DNA of 64,000 nt, taken from positions 655,112-719,111 of the forward strand of contig NMRA01000111.1 in the NCBI GenBank assembly GCA_002633005.1, in the 5' to 3' direction. Shown here piece after piece: positions 49,322 to 64,000 of the stretch. Source of the stretch: Phoronis australis. Taxonomy: Eukaryota; Animalia; Phoronida. Made by a program: the position numbers and the translations under genes. The notes beneath the pieces are model-generated. The model saw only the letters and a list, made by a program, of their open reading frames with translations. It did not search any database and had not been told where the DNA came from. How positions within the stretch are numbered: the first letter of the stretch is position 1; the number at the start of each line of letters is the position of its first letter.

Positions 49322-51233
49322 TGACCAAGTATTGTGTGGAGAGACTTTGAATGTCAGGCAACGACGTCATAGTAAAGAAAATAAATTCTGCCATCCATGT
49401 AAATTTTTAGCCCATGAAAACATTTTCTAGTGTTGCAAAGAAACTGTTAAGAGGCTTGTAAAGACTGGATAATATGATTAGAAGATAAATAGTTCTTCCT
49501 GGACTGCTTGAAAAGTACTAATATTATAAACAGTTCATGTTTTGCTCTGCTTTGCCCTTTGTTTTATCCTTTTTTAACGTCTGTATGAACCAAGACAAGG
49601 GATTTACTGGGAATGCTGGTGGTGGTTCAACTGTATGTCACATTGACAGAGGGCATTCCCTAACGTTTTAGAAAAAATTACTTTTTTGAAAAATGATGCA
49701 AATAAGAAAATGTTGAAATTCATTATACAATTTGTGTCTGGTTGGTGTTTTTCAACGTTTAATTGCAAAACACATCAACCCTCTCAAAATTCCTGAGATT
49801 TTTCATTAGAGTTTGATTATTTAGTGTCTGCCCTGCCCATAATGGTGCAACCATAGACTGACTTTCTTTAGGGTGAATTTTGTTGTATTGTTATACAATT
49901 GATACTACCCGATTACTTTTTGAAAACCAGTCCTTGGTTCCACTTATAAGATGTTATGTCATGTTAAACAGTATTACTGCAACGGTTATTTGTAATTATT
50001 GTTAAATAATAATTTCCCTTCTACGCTTGCTGTGAAGCTTTATCTGCATAGCATGACATGATATCTCATTTTTGAGTGCTCAGCACACACATAGAGACAT
50101 GCAGCCATGACTACATCTTGCCTTGTCAGTTTGCTGTGTATGTTTAGTTGTTTTGTGTTATGCTGCAGTGCCCATAAACTAGCTTTTTATTGACTGTCTT
50201 GTTACCCAGGGATCAAATTCTTCGAATTCGAAATCAAAAGTTTCAACCCATGCAACCTTACATTTTTAAAGTCCTTTTTAAGCAAGTAAAATGATAAATG
50301 TGCACAAAAATTTAACATAGACAGCTTTTATCTTGTTTTTTTCCAATAAATATTGTCATTATGGAATTTGTGGTACTGTCCTTAAAACAAATTTGTTGTT
50401 GACACTCAAAAAATCTGTTGATATTCATTCTCTTTAGAAAAGCTTGTCCTGACATTTTCCTTTAGCTTTAAAACTTGATTTTCAATCAATGAAGACTATA
50501 GCTTTCCACAAAAAAAATTGGCATTAAGTCTTTATTTTGACCACATAAAATACCAGCCTAAGGGTCCTGAAAAAACATCCCAAGCTAATAGAATTTTTAC
50601 ACATAATTTGCATGTTTCGGACAAAAAATTCATGTTAGGAAGAGTAACATTCATTGATTTTCGTAAAACAAATTTAGAATAAACAGCTGTCACTTAATTA
50701 CACGTGTCCATTCACCATATTTGTGCACGTAATCAGTTTCTTTGGTCATCTAGGATTTAGTAATGCATGCTTTCAAGGGTTAAAACTGGTGCAGAAAATA
50801 CTGTGAAATGTGACCCTTGGTGACCAAGGCAGTCATTGGGGCCCAACCTTACTGAGCCTAGGTCAACCCTGATAAGTCTTGAGGTGTGTTGCTTGTGAGG
50901 ATGATGCGAAATGTTTGCCACATCTTAAACCATTACGTACCTGGTCAATTTCACCGCTGTAGTTACGTCATTTTGCACTAATCTCCATAATTGTTACCTT
51001 ATAATAGCCGACTACATTGCAACAGATAAATCCAAATTCAACCTCATGTAGTTTGATATTCAGATATGTGCAGTTTAAGTCAGGCTGATGACAAAGTACA
51101 TTTTTCTAAGTTTTTTGAGGTGTTTGATAAATTACGAATTTTCTTTTCTGCCATATTGTGTTCTTAGCTGATGAAAAATACTGTATTGCCAGGTTTTACA
51201 CACACAGGCGCGCGCGTCCAGCTAAAGACCTTT

Positions 51234-51410
51234 TTCACGCATTCCCCATTTTAATAGTGAGCCTCTTTTGGTTAAAAATAAACAATGCATTTGAGACGTG
51301 AATATAACAAGGTACGCAAAAAAAATCATGCTTTGTGCTGTGATTAAATACAAAATGATACGCTTTTAAAACCTGAAAAGAGGCTCACTTTTAAAGTGGC
51401 AACTGTGTGA
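51234..51410. repeat. Small degenerate inverted-repeat element
   Basis: TTTAATAGTGAGCCTCTTTT near 51250 versus AAAAGAGGCTCACTTTTAAA near 51376. Confidence 0.5.
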
Positions 51411-53557
51411 ACACGGTGTATTGATGTTAATTGTAACGCCATCATGAGAAATAGGAATACATGAAACCAAATGAAATTGACATGCAGTGTGCCAAGCCTA
51501 ACAAAATGTGTGGTGGTAATTTCACCTTGTGAACACTCATCTTGTGTTGATCTAGGCTGTAGCTAGTGTCCTTTATAGTACTTAGCTAAGATGTTGTTTT
51601 TGATGTCAGATTAATTTACAGTGTTTATTCAAAAGGTTCGGAGAGGTATTCGAGGGGTTAGTAATTTAAGAGTTCTTTGACAAATTTACAAGGATATCCG
51701 CCATATTGTTCTGTGATTTTTAAGTCAAGGTGTATGATTATATGCTCGTTTATTTGTTCTTGGTATAGTATTACACTTAGCTCAGCTATTATGTTGTGAA
51801 CGTTTTGTGCACAATTCACATTTTGTTTTCTCTACAGCTGCTATTTAAGTGTGTACACCTTCAATGAGCAGACTAATGGCCACTGGTTGAGCCTTGTGTA
51901 GTAAAGTCAAACTCTATAGGCTTCAAGATTTGATAAAGTGTGCAAATTTTAACAGTGTGCTTTTGCTTTTATTGATCTTTATTTCTAATAATTCAAATAC
52001 TTGCCTCTGTTATGTGGAACCCGAAGCTCTCCAGGAAAAATTTGTACATCAGTGAACTAACTGTTCTAGAAAACTCCCTTGGTTGTTCGTGTTCATGCCT
52101 TGTACATATAAAAAAGTATTGAATTTTGTTTGAAGTTACTTAACCATATATAACTATATATAGCCGTGGTGTATAAGTGTAGATGGTCTGCTAACATTTT
52201 TATGCTAGGTACTTGCTGGCTTCAGAGTGGGTGTTGCTTGAGGTTCTGTGTAATAAATATAATTCAGCTTATACTGCTGTATGTAAACAAACAAACTTGT
52301 CATTTAGCGCATTGAGAACATGCACTTTACACAGACTGTTTTGATCAGAGCATAGATACGAATGTAGTTACCTCAAACGTGGTTATGCTCAAAACGAATG
52401 ACTAAACCCATTTTAAATCAACCACTGGCCATTCAGCTCATGGCTGTCTGAATTCAGTACAAGACACTCGGTTATACATACACCTGACAAAGCAGTGTGC
52501 AGTCAAATACTTAATGGCCAGACACTGAAACGTATGTAGAGTTCTTCATTGATATGCACAAAGACAGCTTACCAGTGGATGACCCAAATAATTTCCAAGA
52601 TGTATTTTTTAAGTAAACTACTCGGCGCAACATTTCACCACAATTAATGATAAACCTTGCATGAAAAATTATAGCAATATGAATTCCTAACAACCAGTTT
52701 TTCAATTTTACACAGGCACTCGTCACAGTAACTGAATTGTCACCAGTACATTTACTGCAAATTATTACGCAATTAGTAATTGAAATAAATGATACCTTAA
52801 AAAATAACATTTACCCAATGCAAGTGAATGACATGATGCAGCTTCACATCTCTTGCTATGATAAAAAAAAATCGAAGAGTAAAACTTCCTTTTTCAGACA
52901 TTCTAATATTTCCCAGTAGAACTTGCATTTCTCAAAATAACCTTGAAAATGAGCTCAAGGTCAGAATCAACAGGTATCCAGAGTTACCCCCCCCCCCTGT
53001 ACCTCTTTGCACTTTTCTCAACTTGTATTTTTTACTTTTAATGTACACAAATGGGGACAACTATACACAATATACGACTGTAAGTGGGTGCACCTGTGTC
53101 AATTAAGGCATACCAGCATAATTACTGTAAAGCTTCCTTTCTCCACATATTGCATTTTTCAAAACCCGACTTTCTTGCTGTGACCTTGAAAATGAGGTCA
53201 ACATAACTGGCACCTGCAGCTTACCTACCTACATCTTGGTACAAAATAAGAACAAAATTTAAAGGTTCCTTCTTGAGACATGCCGCCGACAACATTGAGT
53301 GACATGCAGACAGATGGCCATAAATACTATATCCCCTGCTCGTCACTATCATAAGGTGGGGAACGAGCACAATACAAATGACTCCTTTCAATTAATGTGC
53401 CATCAATAGATTTCAAGTGACATAAGTAGTCTAGTTGGTGATTACCTAATGCCCAGTTGAAAATTAGTAACGGAACCAGTTTAAACACCCCTCGAATCGG
53501 CAAACTTCCCAAAAACTCAATAACAACCATTTGTTGGTTATAAGATATTGAACAAAT

Positions 53558-53563
53558 TTTATT
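53558..53563 (-). terminator. Candidate polyadenylation signal (AATAAA on -) for the RNF19-like gene
   Basis: TTTATT on +, about 1.7 kb past the stop at 55272, near where the strand A/T skew changes. Position only, no transcript evidence. Confidence 0.35.
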
Positions 53564-55271
53564 GCAGATTTGTCACTAGTTTATAACCCAACAGTCGAAT
53601 GACTTTCGTCTTGTGGATGTTTAACAAATAACCATAATAATTAAGTGAACAAAGATTAGCTTATATTTCAATTGATTCTTTTTGCACTTGAGAATTTGAG
53701 GTTAAAACCCCTTAAGTACAAATAACATAATAATTATTATTATATTGGGATATTGCACATCATTTTGCCCAAGTAGTACCACTGACACTCGCTTTGTAGA
53801 TCTATTTGAAAAGCAGACATGCTCAACAGTACACAGAAGTCTCCAGTAGTGGAGGAAACGATAACAATTCATATCCATTGATCTTTACTAAAGCATTACA
53901 CGGAGCAGCTAACTGCTCTGACAATAACATAAATTATAACAACACATGCATTCATGTTACAACATGTGACAAGTACACACATTGACACCATTACAAATAA
54001 TAACATTCTTTGTCAAACCACATACACCACCTTGAACTTTTCTGAAATGTCCGTTGTAATCAAAGTTCGCAGCAACCAAACTGACTCGTGCACATTGCCA
54101 TTGGCTTTTGAATTGTGGAAAGGAATGCTACTAGCAAGCAATTATTACAAACCAGGCGCCCAAATTGGCGCCCACTCAACAAAAAGTAACAAGGCTAGGT
54201 GAGCAGTCTAGAGCTTTGAACATAAACCCCACTAAACACCCATTTAACTACATCACCCAGCAGAACATTACACCCATACCATTACTTTTTCATAAAAGCA
54301 CCAATCTTCCCAACATTGCACTATAACCTGCAGTCCCCACCACACGTAACTTGGCCTCTATTGACGAGACCTCCAACTGCAATGCCATATTCAACTTCAG
54401 TTGCCACACCTCCTGTTGTCAACACGAGGAGACATCATTCCTCAAGTCATCTCTCAACTTCCTCAATTTGTCATTTGGCTCATTCTCAAGAGGGAAAGAT
54501 ATCTTTCTTACAGAATTATTTCCAAGCGCAGTGGTTTGATCACCTGCATCCTGAGGCTCATTTCAAAAAACTTGTTCAGTGTTAACTTAGACCAAGATCA
54601 GACTAACTTAATCAATTCCCGATGTTTGGTCTACGCGACAAAAATTTATGACTGCCATCTCTGTAAACTGCTGCGGAACAAATTCCGTTGACATTTTTCT
54701 CAATGCTTTACCACCTAATGGCCCCAAACAATATCAACTTGAATGTCATCTACTTTTGATTAGAGCAATGGCAAAGCACCGTCGAGACAATGTAGTGCAA
54801 CAAATTATAATTTCAGGATTAATAGTACACCTGAAACTGGATTTTGCACATTACCTCACACAAAATTGTAGTTAATATGCTCTCCTATGGCAAAAATCAA
54901 CTAATTTCCTTCGTTTTGTGTTCATCAAACTTTTTTCGCCTTCAGTCCTAACTTATATTGACTTTCGGTCTTAACTTTGATACATTCTGATCTTCAATCT
55001 GAACTGTCACTTTTTATGAAACGGGCCTCTGTTTTCCAGCATGGGATAAATCATCCACTCAGAGGTATCTACCAACTCAGTTCCTTTTCTCCCTCTTTCC
55101 TCACATAGTGTGATCCCTCACAGGTGATCAAATTCTCTTGCCATTGCTCAACCTTACTACAAATTGCAAACCAGGCAACTGCTTCATTCATTCCATGTGA
55201 AGACAACCCTCTATCAAATCCCTCTCCCAGTTTGCCCTTCACCATCACCAAATCAGCACACTACTGACTCA

Positions 55272-58200
55272 TTACGTGGCCTTTGTCAGAACATCGAAAG
55301 GGAGACGTCCCTCTTGCAGTGCCATCTCCCAGCTTAGTCGCCTCACCCTCTGGCTCTCATCCATACCCAGACCTTCAGCCTTCTTTTCCTCCACAATATT
55401 GCAAAGCACCTGTCCCTCCAATAGTCCACTGTCCTCCTTCACAGTTTTTGTGATGGTTCGCACAGCATACTGAGGTCTGTCCACTTCTACTTGGGTCAAT
55501 GTTGCCACAGTGGTGGATATGACAGTACGGGATTCGACACTCTCAAAGGAACCCACTTTCCTGTCGTCACCGCCCCCCAGTCTCACTGATGGCATATCCC
55601 CATGGTCTGTATCTAGGTCACTACTACCGATGCTCAACTTTTCCACACGTTCACCACTGTCCGCAGCGCTTCGATCAACACCGCTGAAACTGCATCGTTT
55701 CGGTTTTTTTGTTCGTCGTGTCCTTGTCTCGTCACCGCTGAAGCTGACACTACGCCCAGAGACAGGGGAGCCATGATTGGATGAGTTGCGATAATGACTG
55801 ACAACGGTCAAGTTGCTACTACCACTGTTACGTCGTCGGAGGTGATCTGACTGACCGTCTGCACATGGAATGATGGCCGAGGAGATATCTCTGTAAAGAA
55901 AATTGAAATTGGGTCAATGTTGCGCTTTGAGCACTACAGATGACAGAAATGCTATAATTATGGTTCAAACATAACAGACTGTTGACATGTGTGACATATT
56001 GATGGTCATTTGTTTTACTGCAACAAGTAATGCTAACTCAACGTAAATAGGTGGTAATAAGGCAAACAGGTCATCAAAGAAAAATAACAATAAAAAACAT
56101 GTCCCTGCCAGGAGATTTAATATTCATTTCTATCATATAGTACCTATTTCCGCCAATAGAGCCCGCCAGTGCCTTTGTACTTAAATTGTCTGCCATTGTG
56201 ACATTGTGTGACTTCTCACTACTCATACTCAAATTTGCCGAGTCACTACTGATGCTAGCTCGTTTCTGACAAGTGGCGACATCTGCATGCACCTCCAGTC
56301 TGAAAGAGAGATTAATATCAAAGTCATATGCAAATATGTATTGACTTATATGTGGTAAACTCTTCTTGTGAAATAATAAATACAAAATGTAACCCAGCTG
56401 ATATAATTTTACAAAAAAGTAAAAGACGACCTTAATGTCAGGCAAACAGTAGTAATTGTTAGCAACAAAAGCATATCTGGGATTTTCTTTTAAAGCTTTT
56501 TAGCCTGAAAGCTCGGCTGTCAAAGTCAAGAATTTTTTTTTTCAACTAATGCCAACAATTTCATTATTCACAGCAAAATTCTCACACTACAAGGCCTTAA
56601 CATTTTCCAGCTATTAGAAGAAACAGAATTTGAAAGTTTCATGCAAAAAATCATATTTGTGGAAATTACAAAGATAAAATTATGTGGTCATCAACAATAC
56701 TTCAAAAATGTGCAGTTTTATGAGGTCTACTATTGATTCTTAAAAGCGCCTAAAACCAACAATACAATATCAAAAGCACCGCAAACCAACCCCACCAGTC
56801 GATCAGCTGCCTAATTAGAACACTCGCACACACTATATGACAACATGTTAATTATTCAGCAGTTATGAACATTTATTTTTCGTTATATACATTTTTTCTA
56901 CGTAGAATTTGTACAACCAATCATATCACTAGTCCTCCTCCATTGTGTTTAGAGTGAAAAGTCATCATAGATTGCTGCTCGTTTTCCCGTGGTTCATGGT
57001 ATGAAGAATGGTGAAGTTTTGTGTTTGTGGTTTGTTGTGACAACTCAGTATTTGATTACACATTTGTGGCTCTTCTCGCGGTACATCAGAGAAGTGCGGA
57101 TATCGCACAAATCTGTACAAGAAATAGTTATGGTATGCAGTACTATAAAGAAAGGTTTAATGGTGTTGACTATGTAGTGGTGGTATTGAGCACACCAAAA
57201 TATTAAAGAAATTCTATCTCTGGTAATGAAGATAGCCTGCTACCTGAACTAGCTGAGTAATTATCAAATATGTTGTTACTTTCTGTCACAGTAATAAGGA
57301 AGACCAAACAATGTACGTAGTCCATTCATAAGTTCAAAGGTCATTTACCTATGAGCCAGAACAGTGCTTCCCGATAAGCTACCATTAAGACTGGCGCCGG
57401 CTATTGCACGATTACTGGCTGAGTCACGGTCGCTCTCGTCACGCACTATTCCAATTCGGTCAACGTGGCAGCCACTCGCGCTCAGACTCTTAGACATGTC
57501 AACAGAGGCCTCCCCAATACTCGGACCAATAGATGGTTCTGTGATGGCGTGCTGACTGTTTACCTCAATACTGTGGGAGTCACCTGTTGGCAAATAATTG
57601 TGTAAATGACACAATGATACAACAATGGTACAGCAAAAGATATTCTCATTTAAAAAATGTATTCAAGTTCAGAATACAACTTTTCGTCCAAACTCTATGA
57701 CAGGGATGAGAGTGGGTGGCCTCCAGGAAAATCTTGAAAAAGTAAGGCCTTACAAACCACTTTTCCTGCTATCTGAGCTCAAGCAGACAAAAAAAATCTG
57801 TAGTTGACTTTTTCAGAGCTTTACGATCCAACCAATGTCACTTGAACTTGTTTTTAATGCCAGCATCTATTTCACATACTTTCGCTTCATGTCACTTGTA
57901 AATTGCATTCTGTCATTATTTTGAGTAAAAAAGCCGATACAAAGGAGAAATGTATTGAAGAAGAGCAGCAGATGAACATGTGCAAGTTGTGCGTATTTTT
58001 GTAAGAACTATTATGATTTGCTATCATGCTATCGTCTTCCATGTTTTGGCCAATTACACTGTAGATAAAACCTTCTATCATGCGACTTAATGAGTCGGAC
58101 TAAAGATGGCGAAAATGTAAACATGAATGATCATTGAAAGAATGAATTACGCTGCAGTATCTTGAAGAAACACACCCCTATGCTTCTTCAATAAATGGAA

Positions 58201-61200
58201 AAGGAGTTCTAAATGGATTTGACATGATACAGAATGGTTTATTTTTACTCATAAAAAGTGGAAATCTGCCAAAAAGTAGAAAACTATTATTAAAGGTTCA
58301 GAAAGCACTCTATCACAGCAGGGCAGTTCTAATTATGCTCTTGAAAATGGTAAAAACTAGTAGTATCTTGCTAGTAGTGTACAATGACTCAAGATGCTAT
58401 CTTTGACCAAAAATGACCATTTCCACATTTACAAAAACTCCTCATTTGGTTTCAACCATAGACAACAGCGGATCCTAAATAGAGACTAAATCCAGATATT
58501 AGTCTAATCCAGCATCACGACTCCCAGGTTAATTATCTTCCACAGTTCAAGAAGATACTAAACCCATTTATCAACAGTATCAGAGAAACAAAACCTAATG
58601 TACCTATTTTGGCAAAAAATTTTTCAAGTAACCTCATGTTAACATGATCCTAACTGAGTCATAATTTTGACGAGGAATTCAGTTTCAGATACCCAACACT
58701 CGGAAAAATCACCATTATCAATTTATCTCATATGTGGGCGTATAAAAATGCATATGTCGGATGATGACAGCTCAGTATCAACAAATACAAGAGTATACAG
58801 GACTACAGGATATTTCCAGAAAAGTTTCTTGAAATTAGAACACAATATATGGAGGAACAGAAGACCCTTTTACTTATGAAGGAATGACTCAGATCAACAA
58901 ACGGATACCAATACAGTGAATGTTTAAATCATAAAAAATTTTGGCCAATACTTTTGTTTGAATTTGTGGAAACTTCACTATTTAGATAAAAGAAAAAATC
59001 ATGCTTGTATTTCTTCATGTTAAGTCCAATTTGAAACACAGCTGAAACCACTGCTGAACCAAAAATTCATTTAACCCTTCCAGAAACAGCACAGTTATCA
59101 AATCTTAGAATGTTTTACAAACCAGATGGCACTCCGGTCGAGATGCCGACGGTCACATCGTTATCATCGTCAAACTCAAAACGAACACCTCCAGACTCAG
59201 TGGTTTTGACACCGCAGCCCCCACTACTGCGGCACAAAGATATAGGTACCACGCCATAGACATAGGCCAACAGAATGGGCACGCCAACTCCTGTAATAAC
59301 AGAGAACGGCAACATCAATACAAGTCAAAACAGCTATCAGTCCGCCATTCCAACCAAAACATGAAGCAATATAATAAGCAAGCAAAGTAATTTCTGAGAT
59401 CAGCCTCAACATATCGAATCTGGAGGCGCCACAGTTGGAGTCAAATACTCTGATGGTGTAGCTTAATGTGCCTTGATAAATGGCAAAGCATTTTGAGCGT
59501 AGCCGACTGGTTAAGTCACCTGCCATGATGTCAGTGAATGTCTGGCTCTCATTGGTAAAAGCTAACAACTTCAAGAAGTCTATCCCATCCATAAAACAAT
59601 CCCAAAACAAAACAGCATCCTTGGACCATAAAGCTGATAACATCACTGTAACTTGTTCCTCACTTCAATGTGAAGTAATTTCTGGGTTTGTTAAGAATGG
59701 ACAATTCCTTATTCATTAGACCATACCCATAATACGACACAGCAAGACAGGCCAAAGTGTAGATCCTAAACTCAAGCAGTAACACACAAACAGTTCTGTT
59801 CAATCTCTGAAATCATCTCCAACAGTTACGGTCCATTTTCAAAACAGTAGGTTGTTTTTGACTTTGTGGTGTAAGGTGAATTTATTGACACTTGGAAGCG
59901 ATGAAAAAAGGTTGAATGCTAGAATGACATCAGANGCCGACTGGTTAAGTCACCTGCCATGATGTCAGTGAATGTCTGGCTCTCATTGGTAAAAGCTAAC
60001 AACTTCAAGAAGTCTATCCCATCGATAAAACAATCCCAAAACAAAACAGCATCCTTGGGCCATAAAGCTGATAACATCACTGTAACTTGTTCCTCACTTC
60101 AATGTGAAGTAATTTCTGGGTTTGCTAAGAATGGACAATTCCTTATTCATTAGACCATACCCATAATACGACACAGCAAGACAGGCCAAAGTGTAGATCC
60201 TAAACTCAAGCAGTAACACACAAACAGTTCTGTTCAATCTCTGAAATCATCTCCAACAGTTACGGTCCATTTTCAAAACAGTAGGTTGTTTTTGACTTTG
60301 TGGTGTAAGGTGAATTTATTGACACTTGGAAGCGATGAAAAAAGGTTGAATGCTAGAATGACATCAGATTAGTCAAGCACTATTAAAGTCGTCCGTATCT
60401 ACATCCTAAAACGAGGTTTTCAATCACAATGGACAATGAAAAATACAAGTAAAAATACCTGAAGCACAGAGAGTAGCTAAAGATCAAATGACAGGCAAAT
60501 GAATGTCAAAGAAAACAATTTATACTGTCACTTTACAAATAATTATAAAAAAATCTCACAACTGAATGTGTATAATGGCTGCTCAACCATTTAGTGACAA
60601 CTACTTTTAACGTTATTTTAATGACTTCAAAATCAAAGTTTTCTTTTCCACTTCCCACATTCCACAATTCTTAAATCTTGAACTGATGGTTTCTGTTCCA
60701 CATTTCTCCTTTTCTTTGGACTTACCCACAGCGAGACCAGCAACAACAGGGGAGACAATCACTGAAGCCATTACACCCCCAGTTATAATGGCATTCCGCT
60801 TGTGTCGGGGCATTGCTTCATATTTAGCATGAAGCTGGAAATAGTAAATGATAAAGTATTAATCTTGGAATTGACTTTTCACTGATCCAAGAAAGTTCAT
60901 AACAAGAAAAATTAAATCTGTCCAGCTGGAATGTGTCATACTCACTAAAAATCCTCTAGAAGGGAGCGAGATGCTACCGAGAGCTTAAGGGATTTTTTCA
61001 TAAGAATGATACAAACCGGCCGAACAGGTTTAATTTTTTTAATTAATATAAAGTTACATCAGTTAAGACAATCACATTGATTACAGGAAAGCATTTGAAG
61101 ACCACAGACATCAGCAAATGCACCACAGACATGCAAGGCATAGTCTCGATGAGTATGACATCTCTGGACACTAATTACTTACAATACATTAGATACTTCT

Positions 61201-63405
61201 GTGAAAGTCAAAACTTAAATCTATACGGATTCATCTAATTTTATCAAATATTAATGTCAAGCCTAACGCGTCGTATTAAAATAACAAATAAAGGAATCAA
61301 ACCGAAAATATGAACGAAAACAACGTTCTTCAAAGTGGAAATTACTCCTACACATAAGCACAATATCCCAAATAATTGAAGGATCATTGTTTACGAAATA
61401 AAATTTTGATGATCTTTTGTTTGTCTCAATTCTTTTTACCAACTTCATCCTGGGCAGTCCTGAGTATCCATGAGGGTTATTTTACTTTTATGTACTTGTA
61501 TGTATGAATAGATGGCCTATTTCCATGTTATAGTGGTTTGTTCGTTGCAATTTATGAGCATGTCTTTTTTTCAGTCTCGAGCTGTTTAGATTGTAAACAT
61601 GTAAAGTGAACGTATTCCAAACACAAAAGCAAATGCCAAATGCTCATAGATTGTGTCATATTAATTTTTTGAGAAGCAATGGAGAAGTGAGTGTTTGCTG
61701 TTGAATAGATTGGAGCATGGTTTGTTAACCTGACATTGACAAGTTCATTTAATACCAAGGCAAAGCTAATTTAATGGGAGCCCTTTGTTTGTAATAGTCC
61801 AAGAACCAATTATAAAGAAGACGACTCATTTACCAGGGCGTAATAGAGTTCCGTGATGCACATAATTACGAATTTCACCACACGCCGTCATTTTGCTAAA
61901 AAGTGATAATGACCCAGGATTTAGTTTTTTCAAATTACACTGGTTCATTACCACTTCTGCTATTAAAACTTCAGTTTGTTGTCAGATGTGATAATTGTCG
62001 AGGCATTCAATGACCGATGTGTCATTTTGCAACATTGCATAAATGCTCATGTCTGTCACTGATCTATAGTTCACACAAATGCGATAATGACCAAGGCACA
62101 TAATGACAAGCTGAGCGAGAGGTACTTTTACTTCACAGTGGGGGTATGCATACTACAGGAGTACTGGTGACACAACACGGAGCGTTGAAATGCGTCCACA
62201 ACTGCACTGTCTGAAAAAGGGAAGGTGTCATCTCCCTAACAGAAATCCATTCATAAAAATCCGTAAAAAACTCTAGAGACAAGCGTGAAATAACAAACTG
62301 TAGAGATAGAGACAAGCGTGAAATAGCAAACTGTATAGCAGTAGTTGGATCCGCGCATCTATTGTCAAGTTAAAAGGAAAATACTTGACAACTTTTCAAA
62401 AGATCTTGCAAGGGTCTAGGAGATACAGCTGCAGATACAAAAATGGCTACTAGGTGGTGCAGAATACATCGAATCTATCCTGAAATCAAAAGGTGCTGTT
62501 GTCTTCATCACAGAAACAAATGTGTTTGCTAAATTTCATAAAACAGACAGATTGGGAAGCAAATGTAAAAATTAAGGCACCATCGTTTCCTTAATAGACA
62601 CCTAACTGCCAAATTTAACAACAATTTATCAATCAAAACCAAAAATGTAGAGGGAAACGAAAAAATATTGACACTAGGGGCACTCATTATGGGATTGGTC
62701 TGAGACTCGTCGTCATCCATTGTCAGCTCCATGACTGCAAAGGGACAAGGAGATAGAGCCAAACAAAAAAAATCTCCAATCTCGGGCACCAGATAACCGA
62801 ACTCCTTCAAAAATCAAAGACAACTGCAGGCTTCTCATTGGGAACACCTCAGCCAATTCTCATAATGAACCTTTGGAGTACGTTTGGCGGATAGTGAGGC
62901 GGACATCAAAAACTGGCTAGGAAATATAATTAAAAATGTCCACTAGACAACACAGAATATGCAATATCCATTCAGAAATGGGATGGTGTCATCATCTCAA
63001 TAAAAGAAACCAGTGTTCAAAATTTCATTAAAATCCATCACAAAAAAGATACTAAGGTAAATGTAAAAAATAAAATTCCCACTAGGGGACACTGCGGCAC
63101 TTGGATCGTCGTCATATGTCGTTAGCTTCATAGGAAAACATCTACCAAATATCAATAAGAACTTGCACTGAGTTTAGAACATACTACGTACGTGAGGGCG
63201 CATAAAATAGAAAACACCTCCACTAACCCTTTCACAACTCACCTTCCTGGCAACCCAGATAGGAATGCCAATGATCATGGCTGGCACTGCTATGCTGGCG
63301 ATGAGTCCTATTCCAACAGGAGCTCCCACCAGTGTTCCCAGTTGCCACAGAATCTTTTTCTTTCGACTCCATGGCTTCTTACCCCAGAACGTGCAACCAG
63401 ATGGA
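55272..63405 (-). CDS. RNF19A: RNF19A/B-like (Dorfin family) RBR E3 ubiquitin ligase, 3' six coding exons; RING/IBR exons lie beyond the window
   Basis: Phase-consistent exons 63405-63243, 60834-60726, 59290-59123, 57583-57349, 56299-56144 and 55890-55272. They encode [33 protein letters not shown]...[41 protein letters not shown], and the tail motifs [17 protein letters not shown] and STKALAGS that match RNF19. Confidence 0.93.
59502..60368. repeat. 433-bp tandem duplication split by a single n (likely assembly or haplotype artefact)
   Basis: 59502-59934 and 59936-60368 differ at three positions seen by eye. The n at 59935 sits exactly at the junction. Confidence 0.9.
62350..63208 (-). mobile_element. 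Diverged reverse-orientation member of the HINE-like family
   Basis: Ends GGGCGCATAAAA (reverse complement TTTTATGCGCCC, as at 14425). Internal CCACTAGGGGACAC, CACTAGGGGCAC and CTACTAGGTGGTGC subunit motifs. Confidence 0.5.
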
Positions 63406-63890
63406 CTGAAACATAACAAGTTATTTCTCTCAACAGAAAAACTGACAAACACAATTGAGAATGGCAGTTGCAACCACCTTAATTCATTCTCCAAAATACC
63501 CAACTATTGCGCTACCTGTTGAAAGACATGGGTAATAGTCTGATATAACGTGCCCGAAATTTGAGAACCAGTTTTCTCCACTCAATAACGGGGATCAAAC
63601 TGGTTCTGAAAATACGGGCACGTTATATCAGACATGAATAACGCCAAAATAGGGCTGAGTGATGACGAGACCAATATCTTAACTTCTCTCATGATGAAAC
63701 ACTTAATCATCAGTCGCATATTTTTAGAAACGTTGCAATAAGCAACGGGCATAACGGACACGTTCAATGCAATATTAAAAACTCCAGCAATTCCATTGAT
63801 AATGAAATCAAAAGCAAAAGTTCTATTCACAGACAAAAGTGTCAGCAAGTGTTTTCTTAAATATATCTGAGGGAGCAAAAAGCACGTAAA

Positions 63891-64000
63891 CAGTGGCGGA
63901 CCTAGGGGGGCCCAACATGTTGCCTCGGGGGAATTGGGCAAAGCGCAGTTGTATGTCGACAGGCAGCCTGAAAGTTGTGGGGGGTGGTGGTCGGGTGGCG
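63891..64000 (+). mobile_element. Start of a hAT-like MITE, running off the window
   Basis: CAGTGGCGGACCTAGGGGGGCCC is a common hAT-MITE terminal pattern. The second end is not visible. Confidence 0.35.

Overview
AT-rich, intron-rich metazoan DNA, probably a non-vertebrate invertebrate genome (inference), from a draft assembly with an N-gap at 18385-18723 and single n joins at 16865, 43319 and 59935. From left to right: (1) the 5' end of a decayed piggyBac-like element; (2) a full-length 6.3-kb ISL2EU (PIF/Harbinger-related) DNA transposon at 896-7212, with imperfect TIRs and an AT TSD, a THAP-HTH-DDE transposase on +, a convergent 6-exon SAP-SWIM-YqaJ exonuclease ORF on -, and a second, decayed THAP exon in the transposase intron; (3) a TNIP/ABIN-like gene on + with 14 hand-spliced coding exons (about 566 aa: coiled coils, LIR-like motif, AHD1, UBAN, and an NZF finger on a symmetric exon), whose introns hold an internally deleted Gypsy element, Helentron/HINE-like repeats with CTCF-like motif arrays, a hairpin tandem array and MITEs; (4) the 3' six coding exons of an RNF19-family RBR E3 ligase on -, tail-to-tail with the TNIP-like gene. 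All family assignments come from motif recognition by eye; no database searches were run.
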